In this document: in pieces, positions 1-12,492 of the stretch | Layout of the letters: every line of letters begins with the position of its first letter | Numbering within the stretch: the stretch's first letter is position 1 | Notes under the pieces: model-generated | The model's input: the letters and a program-made list of their open reading frames with translations, nothing else | What the model was told of the DNA's origin: nothing | Databases searched by the model: none | Assembly (NCBI GenBank): GCA_003990765.1 | Contig: RBNJ01000268.1 | Location: forward strand, 1 to 34,768 | Direction of reading: 5' to 3' | DNA length: 34,768 nucleotides | Origin: Jimgerdemannia flammicorona | Taxonomy: Eukaryota | Translations under genes and position numbers: made by a program

Positions 1-157
1 TGGTCGAGCTGCTGGACAATAACTAGCCTAGGTTAATGGGGGGGCAGTGCTTGGTGGGTGGTGGGGGAGGGTTTTGGCCTATATAGTCTAGGTTCCCTTC
101 CAATAAAAATCCGCGGGACATGTGTCCGTTAAACAAAAAAAAAAAAAAAAAAAAAAA
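1..157 (+). mobile_element. Probable 3' end (UTR + poly(A) tail) of a non-LTR retroelement inserted into the gypsy relic
   Basis: AATAAA at ~102 and an A-run at ~131-157. The segment keeps CpGs, unlike the adjacent gypsy DNA, and interrupts the family A pol frame right after CPHGTRMYSS. Confidence 0.45.
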
Positions 158-2140
158 GAGGAGTACATTCTAGTACCATGGGGGCATCTTCCTTGAGAGG
201 CATAGCCATTGATGATCTTATTGTACCACTGCTCATCTATAAGCTTGGGTGTCTTGTTCTTGTTCTTATTCACCAAGTGTATGAAGACTTCTGTGTCCTC
301 TTCATCTCCTTCCTCTATGTCTGGTAGGACTCCTTTGTGGATATTGATAGAGACTCATACCTTTCTTCCTCTATAGTTGATCTGCATCTTCTGGGCATTG
401 AGGTCAATGATGGCCTTGGCCTTGTAAAGCCATTGGTTGCTAATGAGGATATCATAGTTAGTGACACTTATAACAATCATATCTACTGGGATGGTAGCTC
501 CTCCTATCTTGATGGAGACTTCTCAGATTTTGCCAAGAGGGGTAGCTTGTATATCATCTACTGTGACATAGACCATATTGGTGGACTCTTCAATGTCCCA
601 ACCTAGACAGTCAATTGCTTTCTTGCTCATGAGGCATCCTCCAGCACCAGTATCAATGATGGCATCAAAGATACAGTCTTCGATCTGACAGGGGGTATAG
701 GCTGATGTCTTGTACTGGTCTTCGGATTCTTCACCTGAGTTCTCGGATTCTTCCATGCATTGTGAGCTTCTACAATCTTGTACTCTTAATTCTTGGCAGT
801 AGTTGCAAGTCCTACTCTCAACTGCTGTCTGAAGGCAGAGACTTCAGCTAGCTATCCAAAGTGGCATTGATCTTCTGTTCCTTAAGGTCCTTGTAGATAT
901 CATACTGGTGGATCTTGGTCTTGCACAGCTTCTGTTCCTTCTTGCTTTCACTTTCTCCTGAGACTGGAGTAGTGCCTTCAATAATTTTAGCAGATAGCTT
1001 CATCTAACTCCATGTCTTAATCAATCTCCTCGGGTTGGGTCTTGCTTTAAATAGTGACAGTTGGGGTCTTCTTTGGTCTTCCAACTGGCTTGCTGTTGCT
1101 CTTCTTGTCATAGGGCTTGGACTGGGTTCTGGTACCTTCAGTAGCAGGGTAGAATTTGAGCTCCTTGTAGTATTCTTCATCATCAGTGTTATCAATCTCC
1201 TTGATGACTACTGTATTGGTTTGTTCTCTGGTTCTGCTAGCATTGCTTGGTTGGGCTTTGTGTCTTGTTTCAGTCATGCAACTCTTTGTATAGTGGCCTT
1301 CTTCTCCACATCTGAAGCATGTGATATTATGTTCTTCTGTAGTAGCTGCAAATCTCTGCACTGGTCTCCTGTTGGTGCTTCGGACTTCTCTAACAACATC
1401 ACCAAGGTGTGTAGTCATCTCAGCAAACTGCTTGGTGAGTTCCTCCACTGGGTCAGCTTTGGCTGTCTTGGGGGTAGGTGGGGTTGGTTGTCTATTTATG
1501 ACTGTGGCAGGTAAGATACTAGTTGACTTTGATGGCTCCATCTTGATGCTAGTTATTTTCTCCATTGAGTGTTCAGCAGGGTGTCTGGCAGTCTAATATC
1601 TCTGTACAAAGACCACTTTCTGATCAAGGGTTAGTGCAGCTGGGGTAGACTGGATTGCTAGGGCAATTTCAGGGTGAACTCCTTTGAGGAAGGTTGAATC
1701 TGCTATTTGTTCCTTGAGGTGGTCATCATAGCCAGCCAAGATAATCTAGTGGCAGATTCGGGTATAGAATGAGTTGGAATCTTCACTAAGTCTCTGGCAG
1801 ATAGTATTGAGTTGATCCTTGAGAGCTTGCTTGATCTCTTCGGTATAATATATTATTCTAAAGAAGACCTTCATGTTGGCAAGTTTGGTTGCACCAGCAT
1901 CAGCAATGGTGATTGTATTGAACTTGTCTCTGGTAGATCCTCTAAGGCTGACTGGTAGAAGGACCAATTGAGCATTCACACCAAGGGCTTGTACAGTGGT
2001 GAATTGTTCAAAGTCTTCAATGAAGATCAGGATTGACTCTTCAGTAGTATATCCATAGAATATGGGGGGGTGCATTTCTATCTTGTCTTGAATTTTTACA
2101 AGGATGACTCTTGTAGTCAGAGTAGTTGTTGTGGGAGTTA
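158..2140 (-). pseudogene. Degenerate Ty3/gypsy (family A) gag-protease
   Basis: Gag-like ORF 1746..2075 (PPIFYG...FIEDFE), CCHC zinc knuckle CFRCGEEGHYTKSC in 1047..1565, aspartic protease motif AIIDTGAG in 523..756. Broken by stops. Confidence 0.88.
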
Positions 2141-2181
2141 TTCATTTTTTAGCTTGAAAGTGAGGGATTTGTCTTGAATTA

Positions 2182-2198
2182 CCAGCCAATGAGTACCA
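2182..2198 (-). promoter_or_regulatory. Primer-binding site of family A element (tRNA not identified)
   Basis: On the minus strand TGGTACTCATTGGCTGG starts 3 nt after the LTR end. Confidence 0.6.
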
Positions 2199-2201
2199 AG
2201 T

Positions 2202-2638
2202 TATCATGTAGTGATCGCTGAGTTCTTCAAATATGCCAGATTCTCTTCAAGGTATATCTCTTAGACTAACTCAAGTTTGTTATAAGTAAGTTCTTATTGG
2301 AGTACCTTCCTAAGATCTTATAGTCCTCAAACTTCTTATCTTTAAACTGTCTTGTTATCTTTTAGATTGCTTGCAAAAAAGTGTGTATAAGTGAAACCAG
2401 AACTGACTTTATTTCAGAGGAAATAAGAGGGGTATTTATACAAAATATAATTCAATAGTTACTAAGATATAAAGCTAAATATAAATTCTAATAACTAAAA
2501 CTACTAAATTCCAGAGTCAGTACTAATGGTTGTATAGGTTCAGGATGCTGATATTATTTAGTATCACATCAAAATGCTGATGCTGGAACAATTTTGCATC
2601 ATCTCAGAATACCAGTGCTGGCATTATCTAGTGTAACA
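2202..2638 (-). repeat. 5' LTR of family A element (~437 bp)
   Basis: Begins TGTTACAC and ends CATGATA (decayed CATGACA). Contains GTATAAATACCCC, is followed by the PBS and gag, and aligns with 2797..3233. Confidence 0.82.
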
Positions 2639-2796
2639 GAGAACTTAGAGCAGAAAGTTCAGGATCATGAAAGCTTCATCATCATCATTATCATCATCAC
2701 TGAAAGAGATAATGATGATGATGAAGCCCCCATGATCCTGAACTTTCTGCTCTAAGTTCTCTGTTACACTAAATAATGCCAATACCAATATTCTTA

Positions 2797-3233
2797 TGTA
2801 ACACTAGATAATGCCAGTACTGGTATTCTGAGGTGATGCAAAATTGTTCCAGCACCAGCATTTTGATGTAATACTAAATAATACCAGTATCCTGAACCTG
2901 TACAACCATTAGTACCAATCTTAGAACTTAGTAGTTTTAGTTATTAGAATTTATATTTAGCTTTATATCTTAGCAATCATTGAATTATATTTTGTATAAA
3001 TACCCCTCTTATTTCCTCTAAAATAAAATCAGTTCTGGTTTCACTTATACACACTTCCTTGCAAGCAATTTAAGAGATAACAAGACAGTTTAAAGATAAG
3101 AAGTTTGAGGACTATAAGACCTTGGGAAGGCACTCCAATAAGAACTTGCTTATAACAAACTTGAGTTAGTCTAAGAGATACACCTTGAAAAGAATTTGGT
3201 GTATTTGAAGAACTCAGCAACCACTACATGACA
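2797..3233 (+). repeat. Second family A LTR in inverted orientation (solo-like)
   Basis: TGTAACAC...CATGACA termini, reverse-complement match to 2202..2638, no PBS downstream and no obvious TSD. Confidence 0.82.
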
Positions 3234-3914
3234 ATAAATAACTCAGTATTATAAGTAAATAAATGTCAGATTAAAACAGTTTAATAAAAACACAAATATC
3301 CTCATAATGAACCTTCAAACATATATCTTTCAACCTCACTTACAACTAAAAGTCAAGACAAAGAAATACAACATACTTTCCAAGTTAAACATTACCTATG
3401 TACAGTGTATATATCTCAACAAATCACAAAGTAAAACTTTCTTGATTGGGTGCTTGGTTTCGTCATCACTAACCCAAAAAGCTTGACCCACTGATCGCGC
3501 GACGCATGCTGCTTATATAACCTGGCACGACGGTATGCATGGGCGGTAATAAAATGTTGGGATCAGAGCACCAGACATGGCAACATCTCTCAAAAATCTG
3601 GCCGAAGGCGTCAGAACCCTGGTTCACATCTTGACCCCGCGGCTTCGAATCGCTCGATTCAAATCCGCCACATGTCGAATCTCATATTTCAATAGCTCAC
3701 GATCCTGGCCACATTGGATATTTAAGAGGTGCACACTATAACATTGCAGGTATCGTCATACCCCAACCATCGCAATACACACATACCGCTCTCGCATCCT
3801 CAAGAACACCACGCTTGCGCTCCTTCCCCGTCATAAGCTTATCACATACATTGCACATCGCACCCCGGTCCAGCGGATCACTGTCTGCTCCAATCAGCAA
3901 ACCCTCGGCTCTCA

Positions 3915-6402
3915 TCAATACCTTCTCGAGAAATTCATTGCGGACCTGGGCCAAGAAGGGTGGAGAGATATAAAGGAAAGTACACAAGGACGCATGAGAC
4001 GCCAAATCCTCGAGTTCTGGCCGGCATAATGCGAAATGCTGTCACTCCTATGCGACTGAGGGTCCATGATCAAACTTACATCTTTGTTCCGGATAGATAC
4101 GCGTCCTCGAGCGCCGACTGCGTGAGCGACGAGTCTGCACGATGTTTGTCGAGTGCACCACATGTGAATTTAGATATGTAAAGCCATGATACAGATAAAA
4201 TAAGTAGGAAGCCCGATGCACGCCCCAACCGCGAATGGCTTTACACACCGCTCAGATCGCTATACGAGCTCCCCACCGAATTCTCGCTCGTCGTCGCCTC
4301 GTTGGGCGAGTCACCTCCCGTGTGTGGTTGAGCGCGTGTCCCCTGCGCTGACGATTCACGGTAGGTGTGTCTGCTGGTGGTCGTCGTCATTGCGGGTTTG
4401 GCGGACGCCGCAGCGGTCGGTAAGCCCGACTGCGGTGCTGGGTTGCGGGGAGGGGCTATCATGGAGCTGGGGCCGGGCGGGCGGGTGAGAACTGGTAGAG
4501 GGGTTAAAAACGAGAGGGATTACTAGTTTAGTGAGTGCCTATGGGTTTGCAGTGGACAAAAGCGGATGCTCAGTTGAACGGGGGGGGGGCATGCATCAAG
4601 ACCAGGCAAGAATCACGCACCTTGCGACGCGCTCATCAACCCAGCCCCCCCACCTGCTGCACTCCTCACCCTTCCTTGGCTCAATCTACTGCCCATTCCA
4701 CCTATATCTCCAGGCACCGGGGCCCCCTTGCCTCTCCCTATGTCTCTCAAATCCATCCTTCCAATAGCAAACGGTCCAGCCCCAGCCTCAGGCCCAGCCC
4801 CAGGTCCCGCCGCCCCCGCGGTACCCTTGGCAGGTAAGAAAGCAGGTTCAGCCTCGATTGTGAACTTTCCCGCCGCGAACCCAATCTCGTCCGTGGGCTG
4901 CTCACGCCTCCGCCGGCGCTCCTCCTCGTCGTAGTCGTCCGCGTCGTCGTCACTCTCGCTCCTCTCGCTGCCCGTCCTGCTGCTGTTATCACTCCGTCCG
5001 CCGTCGTCCGCGTCAAATCCGTGGTACGTGTCCTCCCTCTCTCCCCTCGCCAGTCCCTGGCCGACCGCGTCAAAGTACCTTGACCCTTCCGCCCTCACCG
5101 ACCCAGTGTCTGACCTGGACCGTCCGTCGGAGGCCAGCGAGGCCGTCGAGACCCGCGCGGGCGGCGGAGGGGTAGAGGGAATAGGCGGGAGCGGGGAGCG
5201 CGTGGGGGAGCCGCGCTGCGGGGCGGGGTACGTCGGGGAGGTGGGGTATTTGGGTGGGGAGTCGCGGATGCGGAGGGAAGCGGCCATATGGAGGGACGAG
5301 TTGGCCAGGTTGGTGAGAGACGTGGTGGAGGAGGACCGCGAGCCCAAGCCGGAGCCACGGTGGAGCATAGGACCAGGAGTGGGCGGCGAGTTGCGGATGC
5401 TGGGTTGTTGCGGGGGAGGGGAGGCGGGCAGGACGCGAGGCGATTGGGGGGTTGTGGAGGGGGGGCGGGCGGGAAGATCACGCGGGCTGTAGGGTTGGCG
5501 TGGAGTGTGGGGAGAGATGGGGGCTGCGTATGATGGTGTTGCGTTAGTCGTGTGTTATGGGTGAGTATGCGGCAGTTCTCAAGGAAAATGCATACCTAGA
5601 TCTCCACCTTCGGTTCCGCTTCTAACCGAAAGTCTCGATCCCGACAGGCTCGACCCGCTCAGCTGACGGCGATCCATAGCTGGGGCCCGGTTGTCGGGCG
5701 TAGTTGTGAGACGAGGGGGCCGGTGTTTTGGGTTTAGGCTATCACTGGGGCTTGTGTGGCGGGACACTGCTTGTCGGGAAATGGAAACGTCTCAGCAATA
5801 AATACGAGGTGGACCAACTAGCCGCGAATAGCCATCAGCTTCAATCAAAATAAGAATCGACACGCATGGCTGCTCCACACATACTCTCCGAGCTTCCTGC
5901 CGCGCCAATCGATCTATTGCTCATGTTCGAGTTTCTCCCACTAGCACTGGTGCTCGTCTTCGCATTCTGTAACTGCTGTTGCAAACCACGCAACTGCGTC
6001 TCAGCATGCCGGATAAGGTAGGCTGCGGGGACGTCCATCTGCCTTGAGATCAGGTTCCCTGAGCGGTAAACGAATAGCATGGCATGTGTGGAGAAGTTGT
6101 CGGAACACGGGTAGGGATTGAACGGATTCACGGGCTTCATGGCCAAGAAAAATAGAAGGGACTCACTAACAGTCAAGACTGGCCATTTTGTTCTGACTAA
6201 GGGTCTGCCAGAGCTGTTGCTCTTTCGCCTCGGTCCAGACGATCTGCGGTGAGGGTGATGCTCAATGACTTGTCCGACAAAACGCGAGACTAGGACGGAG
6301 AGCTGGTTGACTTACGGGGGGGGGCTCGACGAAGCCCGGCGGACGTTTGAATGGCAAACGTATTACGACGTGGAGAGATTCTTTTTCAGAGATGTTTGCC
6401 AT
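3915..6402 (-). CDS. ATG29: Autophagy-related protein 29 (Atg1 complex/Atg17-Atg31-Atg29 subunit), 8 exons
   Basis: GT-AG exons splice in frame: 6316-6402, 6171-6243, 5885-6058, 5596-5766, 4621-5523, 4249-4491, 4080-4134, 3915-3945. N-terminus VVIRLPFKRPPGFVEPPP-IVWTEAKEQQLW...LDWNLISRQMDVP and C-terminus SSYSDLSDSSLTQSALEDAYLS match Atg29 motifs; the middle is Ser/Pro-rich and disordered. Confidence 0.9.
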
Positions 6403-6512
6403 TGAGTTTGTTTAGAAAGAGAGAGAGGAGATTGTGGTCGGTCTATAAACAGCACAGTCACGTTATCGATGTCGTGGGATTCTTCTTTAGGTCTATTCTG
6501 CCATCATATCCT

Positions 6513-6737
6513 AAAAATCCTCGACTGTCCACCCTTGACTGTCCACCCTTTCAAAATCCTCGACTGTCCACCCTTTCAAAATCCTCGACTGTCCACCCTT
6601 TCAAAATCCTCGACTGTCCACCCTTTCAAAATCCTCGACTGTCCACCCTTTAAAAATCCTCGACTGTCCACCCTTTAAAATCCTCGGCTGTCCACCCTTT
6701 AAAAATCCTCGACTGTACACCCTTTAAAAATCCTCGA
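6513..6737. repeat. 25-bp minisatellite (AAAATCCTCGACTGTCCACCCTTT(C/A)), ~9 copies
   Basis: Near-identical tandem units are directly visible, with one partial internal duplication at ~6537-6551 and no spacers. Confidence 0.95.
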
Positions 6738-7652
6738 ATACATCCTCAAAACACTCCACCAATTCAGACATGTCGCACGACATCCCTGTGATCCGAGCCG
6801 CCGTTGCTGCTGCTGCTTTTACTCTCCCTTCCTCTATTCCCTCCTCGCCCCCTACTGTCGGCGTCTCTAACCCAAACATCCCCCTCCACGACCGCCAACC
6901 GCACCGTAACATAAACGCACCGGAGCCCGCCGGCCACGTTATGGCTTCCCACGTCATCCACGCGTCCTGGACGAGCCGTCCGGCCTCCGCGCGCACAAAT
7001 GTGAACCGCACAATCACCGTTTCCCCCTCCAACGCCCGCACGCTGAGATTCCGCACCGGTACCAAGTTGCCTACTGTCTCTTCGTGGTCCTTCTCCGGAT
7101 CGTGCAGGAGGCCGACGATGCCGAATACCACGCGGGACGTACGCGGCTCAATGCTCGAGAGAGTGCCGAGGAGGTACGTGTGGTTGAGCCCGCAGCGAGT
7201 GTAGATGTCGTACTAGTTGACGTCATCAATGAATGCAGGCAAGAATGAGGGAGATGGGGAGATGGGGAGATGGGGGAGGAGCGAGAGGTGGATGTGGGAG
7301 AGACACAAGTCTATGACATGAACATTATGTCGGTTGGATTCTCGCAGAGCCACCAGACAAACAGCAATCTTGCATCATATCGAACAGAACTGACCTTCAT
7401 GTGTATTCTTCGCAAAGACAAACCCTTGATAAGCCGTTCGTTCACCAATACTGAGCCCAGCTCGTTGAACATTGTGCTCACCATCCGATTTCTACATAGC
7501 TGTCTCACTGTCAGAAATGTTAATATCGCACGCACGAGCTCCACCGGGATGGTCCCCAAGCCCACTTTCGGAGTATTGAATGGCAAAGGTGCGGAGCCTG
7601 TGGATACGATGCAGACATCAATCTTGGATTTCGAATCGTCCTCGCAGGGCAT
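6724..7652 (-). CDS. F-box domain protein (2+ exons)
   Basis: F-box-like LGTIPVELVRAILTFLTVRQLCRNRMVSTMFN in exon 7395-7652. A phase-0 intron 7213-7394 (GTCAGT...TAG) joins it in frame to ORF 6724..7131. The start codon is uncertain. Confidence 0.68.
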
Positions 7653-8387
7653 GTTGAAAGGTTATGGATGGGGGGTTTGACGTAGCAACAACAGCTATAA
7701 ACTGCTTCCGTCACGTGTGACGCAGCTTTTGGCTTGTCCAACATTACCTTCTGACGTCGAGACATTTCTTCAACGAACATGTACTATGGACCTGTCCACA
7801 CCAATACCAATACTGTCAAATGAAGTAATGGTGCTAGCTGCCATGGCCCATTGCTTCTTTATTCGCCTGTCGCAACCAATTTGATGGGAGTTTCATCAAG
7901 TCGACAGGTCGAAAGCTGTGTCCTGATTCGCTTGAACATAAGTATCTCTTTAAATGCTCTCATTTGTTAACATACTAAATCGACAAAGAAGACCAGTGGT
8001 ATATCGTTGTCATTTATACGAAAGCCATTGCTCTGTTTTGAAAGAGGTCCATTTGGTAAAGTTGGAGAGTAATTAGGTATACTAGAAGTGACCAGTTGAA
8101 ATGTGGATGAAGTCACAACTCGTTCTTGGTGGCTGGAAACATCAACAAATTGTACTTGCCACCTACCTTAGACCCTTTCTCCTTCGCCCGTTGCTGAAAG
8201 GGCCTCACCGACATAACCTTACAACCTCCGTCGGCACACCCAACCGGATCCTCCACGTCAGTCAATCAGCCCATTTATCCCGCCCTTTGGGCAGCAACAA
8301 CCGGCCTCACGAGCCTCGGATCCCAACGTCGTTCACTCCGTTTCCGGATCCAAAACCAAACACCCTACACCACCGACCCCTCCAAAC

Positions 8388-9650
8388 ATGCACGCCCCAG
8401 TTAACACGCAAACCACCACGAGCACCCAGCTCAAGGGAACGACGGCAAATCACCAGCCCAATGGCGCCGTCAAGCGGAAATCCTCCAAGAACCAGACGCA
8501 TTCGCCGGCAGGGGCGTCCCACGCTTCTGCGGCGGTGTCGAAGAGTGGGGCGGGCGCGAATGGGCACGCGAGAAGCAACTCCGCGAAGGTCAGGGCGGAG
8601 GAGGTGAGTCCATATGATTATGAAACTTTAACCATGTTGGCGCCTGGCCAAGATGTTGGGGGGGCCATGGCAGGTTGAAATTGAGGTCATTGTGGAAATG
8701 GGCCAGAGGCCTTGCGACTTGCATGAGAAACTGTCCCCTCACTTTTTTTTTTTTGGGTTTTCCACAGGTGGTTGCCCCCAAAGAAGAGCCTAAGCCAGTA
8801 GAAAAGGGTGGGCTTTTTGCACTGTGGACATTCCTCGTATAACCAATGCTCTGCTGTCAGACAATTGCACCTTTTACGTACTTAGTTATTGTTACCCCAT
8901 TTACCGGCCTCAGATCTTCTTAAGCGACACCTCAATGACCCTCCCTCCCTTGTCCTCCATCTCTACCCGACATACTTCAAGTTTGAACACCAGGTAAGGT
9001 GATTGATTAGTATTACAAACTGTCCGATTCTTTCATTTCACTCACGATTTCTATGGCCTTCTTTTGCTCTTTGATTCCAGGATGGATTTTTTTCCTACAA
9101 GAGCCATTTCAAGGTAGGACATTGCTCGGTTTTTAAATGTTTCGTGGGCCGGTACTAGAATAGCCGATATCTGATACACTCCTGGTTATTCCTTGGCATC
9201 CGCGATGCAGGATTTCCTTAAGTTTGTTAAGGAGCAACGATTGCCACCAGATCTGGTGGATGTATTCGACGAGTCAAGGTGCCGATACTATGATGGTGAG
9301 CAGTAGCGCTTTTTGTCCTCACATTATAAGCGAGAACCTCAAGAAAAAGAAAAAAGAAAAAAGAAAGGTTTTGCTGGCTGGCCACTTTCGTTAACTAGAC
9401 ATATACCCGATTTCCGGTTTGCTTCCTACAGGGTGTCTAATTGTAGAAATTCACGACCATCGGACCAAGTTCCAGGACGTGGTCCATCAGGTTCCTGATA
9501 ATACCAACTCCGAGGTGAAGCGCATTGTGCTGCGGCCAACGGCCGAGACTCTGTGGACGGACCTTTGTCTTATGAATGAGTCGTCGCGAGACCCATGGAC
9601 GGAGGACCTGGCGTTAGAGGTCGAGGCAAAGATTCTGGTAATCATCTCTG

Positions 9651-9706
<56 letters not shown>

Positions 9707-12492
9707 GTTCGCATGTGTCTCGCCTAACCTTCGGAGAAACGGGTGAATGTGCAACATCTATTAACTCTGATCAATATTGCACATCCAACAACAAGCTTGC
9801 GACGGAAGAACCACTCTGTCTCGACCCATCTATTCAGGTGACGCGGGTGAGCAACGCCATTAATTACAAGAACTCTCCGCAGCCGTCGAAGAGGAAGCGC
9901 AAGTGGAATTCGACGGAAAGGGAAGAGGAGCTGGCGAAGAAGGCGGAGAGCGATAAGTTGATGACCTTGATGGATGAGGTTTGTAGATATAATGGGTTTG
10001 AGCGAAATATGTTTCCGTCCGTTCGTTTTATTACTGGGAAATCGGCAGTGATCAGGAGCTTTGATTACTAAAGACTTAATATTATGTATGGAAACCGAGC
10101 AGAGGGCGCAGCGCCCGTTCCCCTTCCAGCCAAAGTGAGTTATTCTCTCCTTTATATTGGGCCTTTTCCTCTTCTTCATAACCATAGTATTGGTGATTGA
10201 TATTCCTCCACATTACTCGTCTCTAGCTTCAACAAAATTTCTTTCGTCCAAGAGTGGCGAGCAAAACGGCAAAAGCTCGATAATGAGGTCATGCCCGCCG
10301 TGGAATCCAAAAAAGGAAAAGGTTCGTCTTGAAAACGTTCTATGTTTGACGTATTGTTGTGATATTCTTGCGGTATTTAATGATCAGTGCTTATTTTGGG
10401 TAATTATGCACTTCCATACAGGCCGTCGATCCATTGTCGAGCCGCCAGCGTTGCCAGACGGCCGTAAGTGCATCAGGACATTACGGTTCGAGCGGCAGGC
10501 GGATCAGAGTAAGTATAATCCGGCCGTCGGCATTAATTTCGTTAGTGTATGTGGTACTCAAACACCTCTTCAAGGAAATCCTTCAGGAGGCAGTGCAGGA
10601 GGCTGGCACCTAGAGTGCCTTGGATGTGTAGTTGACTCAGAGGCAGGGGGTGATGAGATTGGGACAAATGCTACTGGAAAATAACTCCTGTTAATTGCAT
10701 GTCCTCACAGAGAAGGTGTTCACTGTGCTTAACGTATATATGCTCAATAACGAGTATGACGGCGTACTGCGGACGGGCACCGTTTTCGACACGAGCATCG
10801 ACGGGCATACCATGGAGTACGTTGAAAATTTTGCATTAAGCACCATACTACAGGTTCCTGATGGCTGTTATTCACATGCTGAATCTATGCATGTTTTTAT
10901 AGATTCAAAATTGGGCCGGAGTACGTCGTGGAGACATTTGTGGCGCACTTTAAGAATTTCTACATGGTTGACAATAAGTTGATCTGTGATAACAACCCAG
11001 CCGCACCAGTTCCTCGGCCACCATCAATGGCAGCGCGCCTTGACGCCACGCAACAACAGATCAATATGACACGCGCGTTGGTCGCTCAACAGCAGCAGGC
11101 GCAACAGGGGCAGCTCTCGCAATCGCAACTTTCGCAATCGCAGCTTACGCAACCGCAGCTCGCGCAAGCACAGCTCTCACAGCCACAGCTTGCGCAAGCG
11201 CAACTCACACAACCGCAGCTCGCCCAAACTCAAATTTCCCAACCGCAGCTCGCTCAACCCCAAAACGCCCAATCGCAATCCGCGCAACCGCAGAACGCGC
11301 CAGTGGTTACTCAGCAGATACAGCAGCAACCCCAGAACCCAGCGCATACGCAACCCATCCCACAGATCGTGCCACAGATAAGCCAACCGCCGCAGATCCA
11401 ACCCGTTCAAGCGGCCATCCCCCTAGCGTCGCAAGGCCCGGCGAATAACGCGCCCACAAGCATCGCGTCCGTGAACGCCAACGTCCTGCAGGGAATGAGC
11501 GTCCCCATGTCCATCGCGACTCCAGGCGTTACCATCATACCCAACAACGTGCTGGGGGCTAACATAGCACCCAACATCACGCTGGCTTCGCCGCGACCCA
11601 CCGCAACCGGCCAACCGGGTAACCCGTTGGTGCAGTTAGGGTATAACCAACTGTTTACTTTTGCCGGATTACCGCATTTACAGCCACAGCGGTCTCCGCA
11701 GCCGAACCAGCTCAGAGTGAGTTTTATATATCTTTCTGGTTTGATCGACGCGCAATCATATTATGTATGGCGATCTTACATTGGACCGATCTATTACGTC
11801 CTTAAGAGTCCATTAAACAACGGCATGCAATTCGCTGGAGTTGGAGGCTCCTTACCTGTACATAGTCAAGGTAATGGATACACATGTATTATTGATATAT
11901 TTCCTTGTAAAATTCAATTATCGGGAGCGAAATTGACCTCGATATACCATCCTTCACAACAGCAGCCATGTTACATGCCGTTCAGCAAGTAGCAAATCCC
12001 CAGCATATAGCATTACTGCGTAGACAGCTCCAACAACAGCAAGCAGGCGCAGGACAGCTCCAAGTTCCTGTCTCCAATATCAATGGTCCGCAAATTGCTC
12101 TGCCATCCAATATGGCCAACCTGACACCCCACCACCAACAGCTACTCCAGCAGCAGCAGCACTACATGCGTGGCCGTGCTCGTAGTATCAACGTGCAACC
12201 GTTTACATCCCAGCAGCAGCAGCAACAGATGCAAGGGTTCATGAGGGGCGGCGCTGCGGGGATGAGCCTGGGGGTCGGGAGGGGTCTGGCGGCCGTCGGG
12301 AGGGGCCGTGGCACACCGTCGTTGATGGGCGGGGTCAACGCATCGTTGGCAGGGATGGTGTCGGCGCCCGTTCCGGGGATGCCGTTGGGGATGATGCCGC
12401 AGGTACCACAAAACATCAATCCGAACGTGGCCGCGGCGACGATCAACGCGACGATTGGGAACCAGAATAATGCGCCGTCGGGGGATATGTGA
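8388..12492 (+). CDS. SPT20: SAGA complex subunit Spt20 (SEP domain + Q/P-rich C-terminus), ~14 exons
   Basis: Exons ~8388-8603, 8768-8807, 8914-8993, 9081-9113, 9211-9295, 9432-9637, 9796-9978 etc. splice to PPSLVLHLYPTYFKFEHQDGFFSY...FLKFVKEQRLPPDLVDVF...YYDGCLIVEIHDHR...RIVLRPTAETLWTDL...LEVEAKILLATEEPLCLDP, the Spt20 signature. The 3' exon boundaries are less certain. Confidence 0.92.
9653..9703. repeat. Poly(T) tract (~50 nt) in SPT20 intron
   Basis: Homopolymer between the GTAATC donor (~9638) and the AAG acceptor (~9795). Confidence 0.9.
11110..11300 (+). repeat. Coding 15-bp repeat (QL[S/T/A]Q[S/P/A] pentapeptides) in Spt20
   Basis: QLSQSQLSQSQLTQPQLAQAQLSQPQLAQAQLTQPQLAQT... in ORF 10928..11992. 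Confidence 0.85.

Noticed and set aside
3736..5533. Overlapping alternative ORFs (3736..4005, 4747..5073, 5028..5492 etc.)
   Set aside because: They are explained by GC-rich ATG29 exons and its 3' UTR. The spliced model accounts for the region.
6513..6737. CRISPR-like array, and + strand ORFs 6351..6653 and 6469..6678
   Set aside because: The units are contiguous with no spacers and the context is eukaryotic. The ORFs are just translations of the repeat.
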